64,000 bases of DNA from Dehalococcoidia bacterium. Its GTDB lineage: Bacteria; Chloroflexota; Dehalococcoidia; Lucifugimonadales; UBA3495. The DNA is taken from NCBI GenBank assembly GCA_965221025.1, contig CBDCRJ010000001.1, forward strand, positions 388,839-452,838. The letters are read 5' to 3'. The position numbers and the translations under genes are program-made. How positions within the stretch are numbered: the first letter of the stretch is position 1; every line of letters begins with the position of its first letter. Positions 25,447-33,002 of the stretch are shown piece after piece. The notes beneath the pieces were generated by a model that was not told the origin of the DNA, made no database searches, and saw only the letters and a program-made list of their open reading frames with translations.

Positions 25447-26597
25447 TAGTCCGCCTCCGCCACCTGGATTTCTTCGGCGTAGCCGCCGACGTGGTGGAAG
25501 CCGTGGGTGCGGGTCTCGGACTTTTGTTCCTCCACCAACCGGGTCATCCATTGGTTATAGTCTTCTTTGTTGTCCTGCCAGGACTCCCACTGGCTGTCGT
25601 TGGCGTTGAACTTGGCCTCGTTGACCATGGTGACACAGTCGGGTACCGGGCAAACGGCTTCGCAAACGCCGCAGCCGCAGCAAGCGTCCATGTTGGCGTC
25701 ATACAGGCCGTCGGGGGTCACGTCAAAGCAGGTGTCGGGGCATTGCAGCCAGCACAGAGTACATTTGATGCAGGTCTCGAAATTGATGACCGGGCGCATC
25801 GAGCGAGTGCTGAATTTCTTGAATACGTCGTTCCGGCCGGGCTCGTAGCCCTCAGTTCCGCCGCGGAAGCCGCCACCCTCGGCTATGGCCCTGATGACCA
25901 AGCCTTCTTCCATCGTCTTCCAACCGGGCAACTCGAAGCTGAAGGGCGTCTCGTTGTTGCCTTCGCCCGGCTCCACCGGACGGGTGGTGGTGCGGTCGAA
26001 AGAACGCTGGGCCGAGGTTATCTTGGTGCCGCCGCCCATCTGCTCCTCGATGGTCTCCAGCATTGACTCAATGGAAACCAATTCCGGGCATACCTTGCAC
26101 AGGGCGCCCAACACCCTGGCGTCGGTGTGGTCGTCTTTGTAGACCCACAAACCCGAGAAGCTGGCGATGCCGGGCACGATGGCCAGGTTGTAGGCGCTGT
26201 CCTTCTGGTGAATGTCCTCCATCAAGGCGTCGGCGGTCTGATGGGAGGTGACGATGAGAGAACCGCCGGGCTTTGTCAGTTCGTTGATGGGCTGGAGGCC
26301 GTACCAAGCCCACGATTCCACTCCTTTGCACATGGTGTCGTCGACGTTGATGGTGACATCGATACTGGAAGCCTCGTATTGGGCCAGGCTCTCCTCCAAC
26401 TCCTCGGCGTCGTCGGCCACTACGGCGAACTGCTTGGCCGGGATGCCGTTACGTTCCGGAGAGTCTCCGTACCGTCCGTAGGCGGTACCGATTTTGCCGT
26501 CTTTCCGGGCGGCGAACACGATGGAGCGGACGATATTCCGGGCCAGGCTTTTCTGGAAGATGCCCCGGTATACGACCTCCACAGCGAGGGTGGACAT
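25446..26597 (-). CDS. 2-oxoacid:ferredoxin oxidoreductase, gamma-delta fusion (2x[4Fe-4S])
   Basis: Gamma-like N-terminal domain plus two ferredoxin motifs, CIKCTLCWLQCP and CCGCGVCEAVCP. I chose the ATG at 26597 (MSTLAVEVV). Confidence 0.8.
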   Translation of the reverse strand: MSTLAVEVVYRGIFQKSLARNIVRSIVFAARKDGKIGTAYGRYGDSPERNGIPAKQFAVVADDAEELEESLAQYEASSIDVTINVDDTMCKGVESWAWYGLQPINELTKPGGSLIVTSHQTADALMEDIHQKDSAYNLAIVPGIASFSGLWVYKDDHTDARVLGALCKVCPELVSIESMLETIEEQMGGGTKITSAQRSFDRTTTRPVEPGEGNNETPFSFELPGWKTMEEGLVIRAIAEGGGFRGGTEGYEPGRNDVFKKFSTRSMRPVINFETCIKCTLCWLQCPDTCFDVTPDGLYDANMDACCGCGVCEAVCPVPDCVTMVNEAKFNANDSQWESWQDNKEDYNQWMTRLVEEQKSETRTHGFHHVGGYAEEIQVAEAD

Positions 26598-26630
26598 GGT
26601 TTTCCTCCTTAGTGTCCTCTTCGAATGGGA

Positions 26631-26687
26631 GTTGAAACGCAGAGGGCGCAGAGATCCGAGAGATCTCCGAGTCCGTCTGCAGGATTC
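26631..26687. repeat. CAGAG palindromic intergenic element, copy d
   Basis: GTTGAAACGCAGAGGGCGCAGAGATCC...GATCTCCGAGTCCGTCTGCAGGATT, about 35 nt upstream of the OFOR gamma-delta start. It shares the GCGCAGAGAT core with copies b and c. Confidence 0.6.
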
Positions 26688-26799
26688 CGGTCTGCTACAA
26701 GTAGCTAGCATACCGTCGGCTCCGCTTCAATTCAAGTCAAAGCGCCCTTCAAAGTAAGTTGGGTGATTCGCAAATAGCCTATACACCTTATAATTAAGC

Positions 26800-28149
26800 A
26801 TGATGCTGCGACGTTTGGTATCCTTCATGGCCGTTTTGATGTTGCTTTCGGGCTTGGCCGGGCCGTTGCTGGCCCAAGGCGGCGGAGGCCCCCATGCCTT
26901 GCTGATCAAAGTTGACGGAGTGATCAACCCGGTCAAGGAGCGGTTCATACGGCGGTCGATCGAGCAAGCCCAAGAAGAAGGGGCCACACTCCTGATCATT
27001 CAACTGGACACCCCGGGCGGGCTGCTCACCTCCACCCGGAATATTGTCGAGGACCTGCTTGAATCCCCCGTGCCGGTGGCGGTCTTCGTGTCGCCCAAGG
27101 GGGCCAGGGCGGGGTCGGCTGGGACCTTTATCACCGCGGCCGCTAACTTCGCGGTCATGGCGCCCGGCTCCAATATCGGCGCCGCCACCCCCGTATCGGG
27201 GTCAGGAGAGGAACTGAGCGAGACGCTGGCCAGCAAGGTGGAAAATGATGCCGCCGCCCTGATTCGCAGCATCGCGCAGGAACGGGGACGCAACGAAGAC
27301 CTGCTGGAAGCCACGGTGCGGGAGGCGGCGTCCTATTCCGCCAACGAGGCGGTGGCTTCCAACGTGGTCGATTTTATCGCTCAAGACGTGGACGACCTGC
27401 TGGCCCAGCTCGATGGCCGCTCCACGGACACCGGCGCTGGCCCCAAGACTCTGGATACCCGAGACCTGGCGGTCGAGGACATCGACAAGAACCCGCTGGA
27501 GCACTTTCTCGAGTTCATCTCCGACCCCAACGTAACCTACATTCTGTTGACCGTCGGCGGATTGGGCATCGTTGTAGAGTTGTTCAACCCTGGGCTGATC
27601 GTGCCGGCAGTGGTGGGCGTAATTTGCTTGTTGTTGGCTTTTCTGGCGATCGGTAACCTGCCATTCAGTTGGGCCGGCGTGGTATTTATCCTGCTGGCCG
27701 TCGCATTGGCGGGCTTTGAGGTGGTGGTTGCCGGGTTTGGGATATTGGGGATCGGGGCCGTGGTGTGTCTCGTCGTGGGCGGCTTGTTGCTCTTCACCCA
27801 ATTCGGCGATGCCTCTCCTACCCTGCCGCCCATCTCGGTGAACCGCTGGGTAATCGCTGGCGTGGGCGCGGCGACCGCGCTGACCTTGGCCTACTTCGTT
27901 CTTAACGCGGTCCAGTCCCGGCGCCGGAGACCTCCCGAGCCAGAGGTTTTCATGGTGGGACAACAGGCTACGGTCACCCGCACCCTCAACCCCAGGGGCA
28001 CCGTGCAGACGGCCAGCGATACCTGGACAGCAGTCAGTGAAGATGGTAGGGTTATCGCCGTAGGGCAAAGTGTAGAGATAATAAGTATCGATGGTTTGGT
28101 TTTGAGAGTTGCCCCTAAGGACCAGTCCACTCCTTATAATGGTGAGTAA
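26800..28149 (+). CDS. NfeD-family membrane-bound ClpP-class serine protease
   Basis: Signal/TM segment, ClpP-like domain (IQLDTPGGL...GSAGTFI), a multi-TM block and a C-terminal NfeD OB domain. It is followed by an SPFH gene. Confidence 0.85.
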   Translation: MMLRRLVSFMAVLMLLSGLAGPLLAQGGGGPHALLIKVDGVINPVKERFIRRSIEQAQEEGATLLIIQLDTPGGLLTSTRNIVEDLLESPVPVAVFVSPKGARAGSAGTFITAAANFAVMAPGSNIGAATPVSGSGEELSETLASKVENDAAALIRSIAQERGRNEDLLEATVREAASYSANEAVASNVVDFIAQDVDDLLAQLDGRSTDTGAGPKTLDTRDLAVEDIDKNPLEHFLEFISDPNVTYILLTVGGLGIVVELFNPGLIVPAVVGVICLLLAFLAIGNLPFSWAGVVFILLAVALAGFEVVVAGFGILGIGAVVCLVVGGLLLFTQFGDASPTLPPISVNRWVIAGVGAATALTLAYFVLNAVQSRRRRPPEPEVFMVGQQATVTRTLNPRGTVQTASDTWTAVSEDGRVIAVGQSVEIISIDGLVLRVAPKDQSTPYNGE

Positions 28150-28168
28150 TCCTTATAATGGTGAGTAA
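28131..28168 (+). repeat. Perfect 19-bp tandem duplication spanning the nfeD stop codon
   Basis: TCCTTATAATGGTGAGTAA occurs twice, at 28131-28149 and 28150-28168. Confidence 0.95.
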
Positions 28169-28253
28169 CCTGCAAACGGCGAGTTACCGGACTCAGCAAT
28201 TTGACCCACGAACTGAATCTTCGGACTGAAACGACGAGTTTGGGAGGCGCGGC

Positions 28254-29123
28254 ATGTCAGCAGGCTTGATCATGGTACAGCAGTACCAGCGGATGGTCGT
28301 ACAACGATTTGGGACCTTTATCGGCAGCCGAGGGTCCGGGCTCCATTTGCTCATACCCTTCGTCTACCACGGCACCAAGGTCGACCTGCGGGAGCGGGTG
28401 GCCCGGGTACCGACTCAAAAATACATCACCTCAGACAACGTGGTGGTGGACATGGACTTCGTCATCTACTACCGGGTGATGGATAGCATGGCGGAGAGGG
28501 CGGTGCTGGAGGTCCAGAACTTCGAGTTGGCGGTGATCAACTTGGCCTTCGCGACCCTCAGGGCGGTTATCGGGTCCACCACCCTCGCGGACGCTTTGGC
28601 CGAGCGGGAAAGAATACGCGATGCCCTCCAGGTCCGTATGGACGAGGTCACCGAGCGCTGGGGAGTGAAGGTCTCGCAGGTAGAGATTAACGAGATCGAC
28701 CCGCCTCCCGGAGTGAAAGCGGCTATGGAGCGGGAGAAGTCGGCCGAAGCCATCAAGACCGCCGAAATCACCGAGTCCGAGGGCGCCCGCCAGTCCCAGA
28801 TCAACCGGGCGGAAGGCGAGAAGCAGTCGGCCATCCTGAAAGCCGAGGGCGAGCGGCAGTCGGCCATCTTGACGGCTGAAGGTGAACAGCAGGCGGCGGT
28901 GTTGCGGGCCGCGGGATTCAGCGAGGCGTTGGACCGTGTTTATCAGGTTGCCAACACCGTAGACGGCAAGACCATGAGCCTTCAGTACTTCGATACGCTG
29001 AAGTCGCTGGGGGATAGCCCGTCCACCAAGTGGATCTTCCCCATGGAGTTTACCTCCATGCTGGGCAATTTCCTCTCGATGGGGAACAACACCAGCGGCA
29101 ACGGAGGCAACGGCGCCAGTTAA
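28254..29123 (+). CDS. SPFH/band-7 (stomatin/prohibitin-like) protein
   Basis: PHB domain (QQYQRMVVQRFG...ITSDNVVVDMDFVIYYRV) and a C-terminal AEGE(K/R)QSAIL coiled repeat. No N-terminal TM is present in this ORF, so the start is uncertain. Confidence 0.8.
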   Translation: MSAGLIMVQQYQRMVVQRFGTFIGSRGSGLHLLIPFVYHGTKVDLRERVARVPTQKYITSDNVVVDMDFVIYYRVMDSMAERAVLEVQNFELAVINLAFATLRAVIGSTTLADALAERERIRDALQVRMDEVTERWGVKVSQVEINEIDPPPGVKAAMEREKSAEAIKTAEITESEGARQSQINRAEGEKQSAILKAEGERQSAILTAEGEQQAAVLRAAGFSEALDRVYQVANTVDGKTMSLQYFDTLKSLGDSPSTKWIFPMEFTSMLGNFLSMGNNTSGNGGNGAS

Positions 29124-29151
29124 GGTGCTGCTAAATAACCATTTGTAAAAT

Positions 29152-29186
29152 CCCTTCCCCCTTTGGGGGAAGGTTAGGATGGGGGA
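29152..29186 (+). repeat. GGGAGG-type hairpin repeat (REP-like), copy R1
   Basis: CCCTTCCCCC-TTT-GGGGGAAGG followed by TTAGGATGGGGG. An inverted copy lies at 31176-31209. Confidence 0.75.
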
Positions 29187-29235
29187 GACCAAGAACTACA
29201 CGGACACTCTCTTCCGACCGCATTAACGCCCACAA

Positions 29236-29287
29236 GGGTCCCAATTTTCCACCCCCTCACGCGCACGGGGGTGGAAAATTGGGACCC
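29236..29287. repeat. Hairpin with a perfect 21-bp stem and a 10-nt loop
   Basis: GGGTCCCAATTTTCCACCCCC (29236-29256), loop TCACGCGCAC, GGGGGTGGAAAATTGGGACCC (29267-29287). Confidence 0.95.
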
Positions 29288-29359
29288 TCCTCGCGCCGCC
29301 AAAAAGTGTCCGGTATTGAGCCCTCTGGCTGTTGGGATTCGTGGAATGGAGCAAGCTCC

Positions 29360-29581
29360 TCAGCTTGAAGCCTCTTCGGGCTGAATAAGCCCGAAATCGC
29401 CGTCGCCCCTGAGGTAGAGGACGCCGTATTGGTTACTTTCGGCGTCCAAGAACATGTAGAAGTTGTGGTCGAGGCGTTGCATTCGAAGCGCGGCTTCCTC
29501 CACCGTCATCGGTTCCATGCCGAACCGTTTTACCCTGGACAAAACGCCGAGACGCCCCACCTCGGCGATATCGCAGTCTGC
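29360..29581 (-). pseudogene. Duplicated 3' fragment of hpf (C-terminal dimerisation domain only)
   Basis: 222 bp with 6 mismatches relative to 31252-31473. It encodes DIAEVGRLGVLSRVKRFGMEPMTVEEAALRMQRLDHNFYMFLDAESNQYGVLYLRGDGDFGLIQPEEASS*. The upstream part of track ORF 29360..29740 is unrelated sequence. Confidence 0.8.
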
Positions 29582-29837
29582 TACTGATCTCGACCGGCCA
29601 AGTCTATGTCCCCGGTGAAATCGAGGGTCCATTCGTCTTCGAGGTACAATTGCCATTAATGGCTCCGGTACGAACCCAACCGCTCCGCCCCCCTCCCTGA
29701 ACCAACCAAGAAAATCAAAGTAGTGACCTACTCTAGTCACGGTCCAGGTCAGACATATTCCGAACAGACAAACTCGCTACCGGGTTAGTTTTCGACCCTG
29801 CAGCGAACTTATCTTTCTTATAGTACTTCTTGTCCCG

Positions 29838-31115
29838 TTGGCCGTTAGCTGTAACTCTGGAAACAATCCCACGAAGACTCCACTATTCACTCCCATTCCC
29901 ATGGCCGCGACAGGCGAACCCACGCCCATAACCCTGGCGACGAAGGTTCCCGCCAAGACTTTAATCACCGGGGTGAGCACCCATATGTCGAATGCCCCGA
30001 CTTCTTCCGCACGGGAGGTCGCCCCAACGTCCCACACTAGCTCCTCCAAATCCCGCCTTGAAGAGTCCCTCAGTTTGGTGCCGCTGGGGTTTTATGACGA
30101 CGTTTTAGTATTCTCCGACTATGCCATCCATAGAATCGCGACAGAGACGGACCGCGGGCCGGATGATTGGGCCCCATTTGTCCCCGAGGGAGCCGCGATT
30201 CATGAGGCCTTCCAGGCTAGTGTAAACAATATCAACGAGCTTATAGGGTTGGACCTCTTGGCCCTCGACCTCGGTATCTGGTCGTGGCAACCAGGAAATC
30301 GATCGGACACTTTTCTCCTCTTCCAAGGCCAGTTCGAACGGGACTCCACTATCAGCAAGATCACGAAGCTTGGTTACGCGGAGGAGCGCTATTTGGAGAC
30401 TGTGTACTACAACCTCGGTGATGACTTCACCACCTTTGACCGCACCCATCCAATGCGTCGGTTGGGCCTGACGCTGAACCGAATAGTTATTCTTGACGAC
30501 AGTTTATGGGCGGCCCCGGCCACCCGAATAATAAACAACCTCATTGCCACTCAGCAGGGGGCAGCGCCTAGTATCTTGGACAGCACTGCCCATCGGGCGC
30601 TCGCCGCCGCCGTCGGCGACGGTCTTGTCAGCGGAGCCTTTATTCCAGCGCAATGGGTGTTGGATAACTGGAATACCGTAAATACCAGACCTGTGACCCG
30701 GCTGGACCGGTACCTGGAAGGCCCCGAAGCGTGGGGAAGCTTGGCGTCCTACACCACGGTGTTCTTTGGCTACCAAGCCCAAGGGGAATCGGAACAAATC
30801 ATCGTAGCCTTCTACTATCCCGATTTTTCGGCGGCTGACGACGACATTCAAGAATTGGAGAACCGCTGGAACACTTTCTACTACGATCCTGCGGGGCCGT
30901 TTTCGGAAATCGAGGAGACGCCGGTCACACGGTCGTGTTCTCCGTTATCGACCATGGCAATCAGGCGGTCCGACCATTCGATATTAGTGGGCATCTGCCC
31001 GTTGATCAGGGACGAAGAGGACGACTCTAGCGTAAAGGGTCCCAGCCTATGGTTGTGGTTGTTCAGCACCAGGGAGTTACAGTTCTTGGTCCAGAATCTG
31101 GAAGGGCTAGAATAG
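29838..31115 (+). CDS. Uncharacterised putative lipoprotein, paralog 1
   Basis: 425-aa ORF from a TTG start, homologous along its length to 61438..62616 (GLTLNR, HRALA.AVG.GL.SGAF.P.QWVL.NWNTVNT, GPSLWLWLF..RELQFLV). The frame is open back to 29727 and encodes a signal-peptide-like LIFLIVLLVPLAVSC, but with no canonical start codon. Confidence 0.6.
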   Translation: MAVSCNSGNNPTKTPLFTPIPMAATGEPTPITLATKVPAKTLITGVSTHMSNAPTSSAREVAPTSHTSSSKSRLEESLSLVPLGFYDDVLVFSDYAIHRIATETDRGPDDWAPFVPEGAAIHEAFQASVNNINELIGLDLLALDLGIWSWQPGNRSDTFLLFQGQFERDSTISKITKLGYAEERYLETVYYNLGDDFTTFDRTHPMRRLGLTLNRIVILDDSLWAAPATRIINNLIATQQGAAPSILDSTAHRALAAAVGDGLVSGAFIPAQWVLDNWNTVNTRPVTRLDRYLEGPEAWGSLASYTTVFFGYQAQGESEQIIVAFYYPDFSAADDDIQELENRWNTFYYDPAGPFSEIEETPVTRSCSPLSTMAIRRSDHSILVGICPLIRDEEDDSSVKGPSLWLWLFSTRELQFLVQNLEGLE

Positions 31116-31175
31116 ATCGAGCAACGGCGCGAGCTCCATTATCAATATGGAAATATCTCGAAGCCCACGGGACCA

Positions 31176-31209
31176 CCCCTATCCTAACTTTCCCCCATCG
31201 AGGGGGAAG
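31176..31209 (-). repeat. GGGAGG-type hairpin repeat, copy R2 (inverted relative to R1)
   Basis: The reverse complement reads CTTCCCCCTCGATGGGGGAAAGTTAGGATAGGGG, nearly identical in architecture to 29152-29186. Confidence 0.75.
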
Positions 31210-31251
31210 AGATTGGGGGTTACGTGGCAGCTAAGGGAAGAGAAAGTGCGG

Positions 31252-31857
31252 TCAGCTTGAATCCTCTTCGGGCTGGATAAGCCCGAAATCGCCGTCGCCC
31301 CTGAGGTAGAGGACGCCGTATTGGTTACTTTCGGCGTCTAAGAACATGTAGAAGTTGTGGTCGAGGCGTTGCATTTGTAGCGCGGCTTCCTCCACCGTCA
31401 TCGGTTCCATGCCGAACCGCTTTACCCTGGACAAAACGCCGAGACGCCCCACCTCGGCGATATCGGCGCCGAAGTGCTCTTCTTGGTCGGCGAAGCCCCC
31501 GTCAACTTCTATTTCCAGAGCGCCCCTGGACTCCCGCTCACTCCGATAGACCTGGCTCTTGTAGCGTTGTATCTGCCGGTCCAACGCTTGGGCCACGGCG
31601 TTTACCGCGGCTCTTGCGTTTCGAGCGCGCTGCTGGGCCCGCAAAAGCGAGCCGCTTACGTTCAACGTAACCTGCGCCACCACCCGGTCTTGCTGGGAAC
31701 GGGTGCTCTCTGAGGCCAACTCCACGTCGGCCCTCAAGATATTGGGTAGATGCCGGTCGATCACGCCCAAGCGGTTGATGACGTGTTGCTCGATTTCATT
31801 AGTAATTTCCAGATTCCGGCCTTGAATATTCAAGTCCAATTCCACACCCTCCACCAT
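31252..31857 (-). CDS. hpf: Ribosome hibernation promoting factor, long form
   Basis: N-terminal S30AE/YfiA domain (NIQGRNLEITNEIEQHV...) plus the C-terminal dimerisation domain. Length is 201 aa. Confidence 0.9.
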   Translation of the reverse strand: MVEGVELDLNIQGRNLEITNEIEQHVINRLGVIDRHLPNILRADVELASESTRSQQDRVVAQVTLNVSGSLLRAQQRARNARAAVNAVAQALDRQIQRYKSQVYRSERESRGALEIEVDGGFADQEEHFGADIAEVGRLGVLSRVKRFGMEPMTVEEAALQMQRLDHNFYMFLDAESNQYGVLYLRGDGDFGLIQPEEDSS

Positions 31858-31875
31858 TAACGTCGATAAATCCTA

Positions 31876-32832
31876 CTACCTGTCCAAGCGGTCCACCGAT
31901 GTTGCTTCCAAGAACTCGAGGGCCGAGGAGTAAGGTTCGGCCTCCCGGCCAGCCACTTGGTCCAGCCTGGCTATCAGTTCCGGGTCTTCCGACACCCGCC
32001 GGCGCAGGCGGCGGGCCAGCTCCTCCTCCACCGCCTCCAGAAACTCGTTCTTTCGTTGTTGCCCCCGGCGTTGCTCCAAATGCCCGTTGGAGCTAAGGTA
32101 CCGGCGGTGCTCTTCCACCTTGCTCCACAGATCTTCAATACCTTGGCCTCGATGAGCGGCGGTCAGCACCACCGGCGGCAGCCACTCCGGGGTTACCGTG
32201 GCCATGTGCAACATCCCAGTGATCAAAGCAGCCATCCGATCGGCGCCGTCCCGGTCGGCCTTATTGACTATGTAGACGTCTGCTATCTCCATTACGCCCG
32301 CTTTGAGGGTTTGGATGGCGTCTCCCGATTCGGGAACCAATGCGACCAGCACTGTGTCGGCTACGCCGACGATTCCCAACTCGGTCTGGCCCACGCCCAC
32401 CGTTTCCACGATCACCAAGTCAATGCCCGCTGCGTCCAAGGCCCGGGTCATGCTCTTGATCATCCGGGGTAGCCCTCCGGTCTGGCCGCGGGTGGCTACG
32501 CTGCGGATGAAAACGCCGGAGTCGAGGTAGTGCCGTTGCATCCGAATGCGGTCGCCTAGCAGGGCTCCTCCAGTGAAAGGGCTGGTCGGGTCGACGGCAA
32601 TAATGCCAATCCGTTGTTCCTTGCCCCTTGCCAGTCTCGTTATCTGTTCGACGATGGTGCTTTTACCGGCGCCGGGAGGACCGGTAATGCCGATGACGTA
32701 GGCCCTGCCGGAGTACCGGTCCACCGCCTTCATGATCTCGGCGGCTGCCGGGTCACCCCTTTCCAGCAAGGTGATCAGCCGGGACAGGGTACGTTGGTCG
32801 CCGGCGGCCAGTTTTTCAGCAAACTCGGACAA
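31876..32832 (-). CDS. meaB: Methylmalonyl-CoA mutase-associated G3E GTPase (MeaB/ArgK)
   Basis: P-loop GITGPPGAGKST, VETVGVGQ and NKAD motifs. TTG start. Confidence 0.85.
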   Translation of the reverse strand: MSEFAEKLAAGDQRTLSRLITLLERGDPAAAEIMKAVDRYSGRAYVIGITGPPGAGKSTIVEQITRLARGKEQRIGIIAVDPTSPFTGGALLGDRIRMQRHYLDSGVFIRSVATRGQTGGLPRMIKSMTRALDAAGIDLVIVETVGVGQTELGIVGVADTVLVALVPESGDAIQTLKAGVMEIADVYIVNKADRDGADRMAALITGMLHMATVTPEWLPPVVLTAAHRGQGIEDLWSKVEEHRRYLSSNGHLEQRRGQQRKNEFLEAVEEELARRLRRRVSEDPELIARLDQVAGREAEPYSSALEFLEATSVDRLDR

Positions 32833-33002
32833 TGGTGCAGGGCTCCATGTTGGTTATTCCCTATGATAGGCCAATCATAAATCTTCTGTTAGTAAACCCG
32901 AAACGGTGAATAACGTAGGGGACCACAGGATGGCGTCGAAGCCGATGCGGCGGATGGGGATGGTCCGGCTCGCCAGCCCGGGGGAGGAATCGGCGGCCCG
33001 GT

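Noticed and set aside
24223-25551. N-terminal extensions in several track ORFs: 1759..2727, 3419..4681, 7983..9017, 24223..25551, 25446..26711, 43343..44173, 44523..45314.
   Set aside because: The extensions are Arg/Gly/Pro-rich and overlap the upstream gene. Internal ATG codons with RBS-like sequences or stop/start overlaps coincide with the conserved N-termini of the families, so I used the shorter coordinates.
29360-29740. 126-aa ORF that could be taken for an intact gene.
   Set aside because: Only its C-terminal 73 or so codons are homologous to hpf. The N-terminal part is unrelated sequence with no start-context support, so I treat it as a duplicated fragment.
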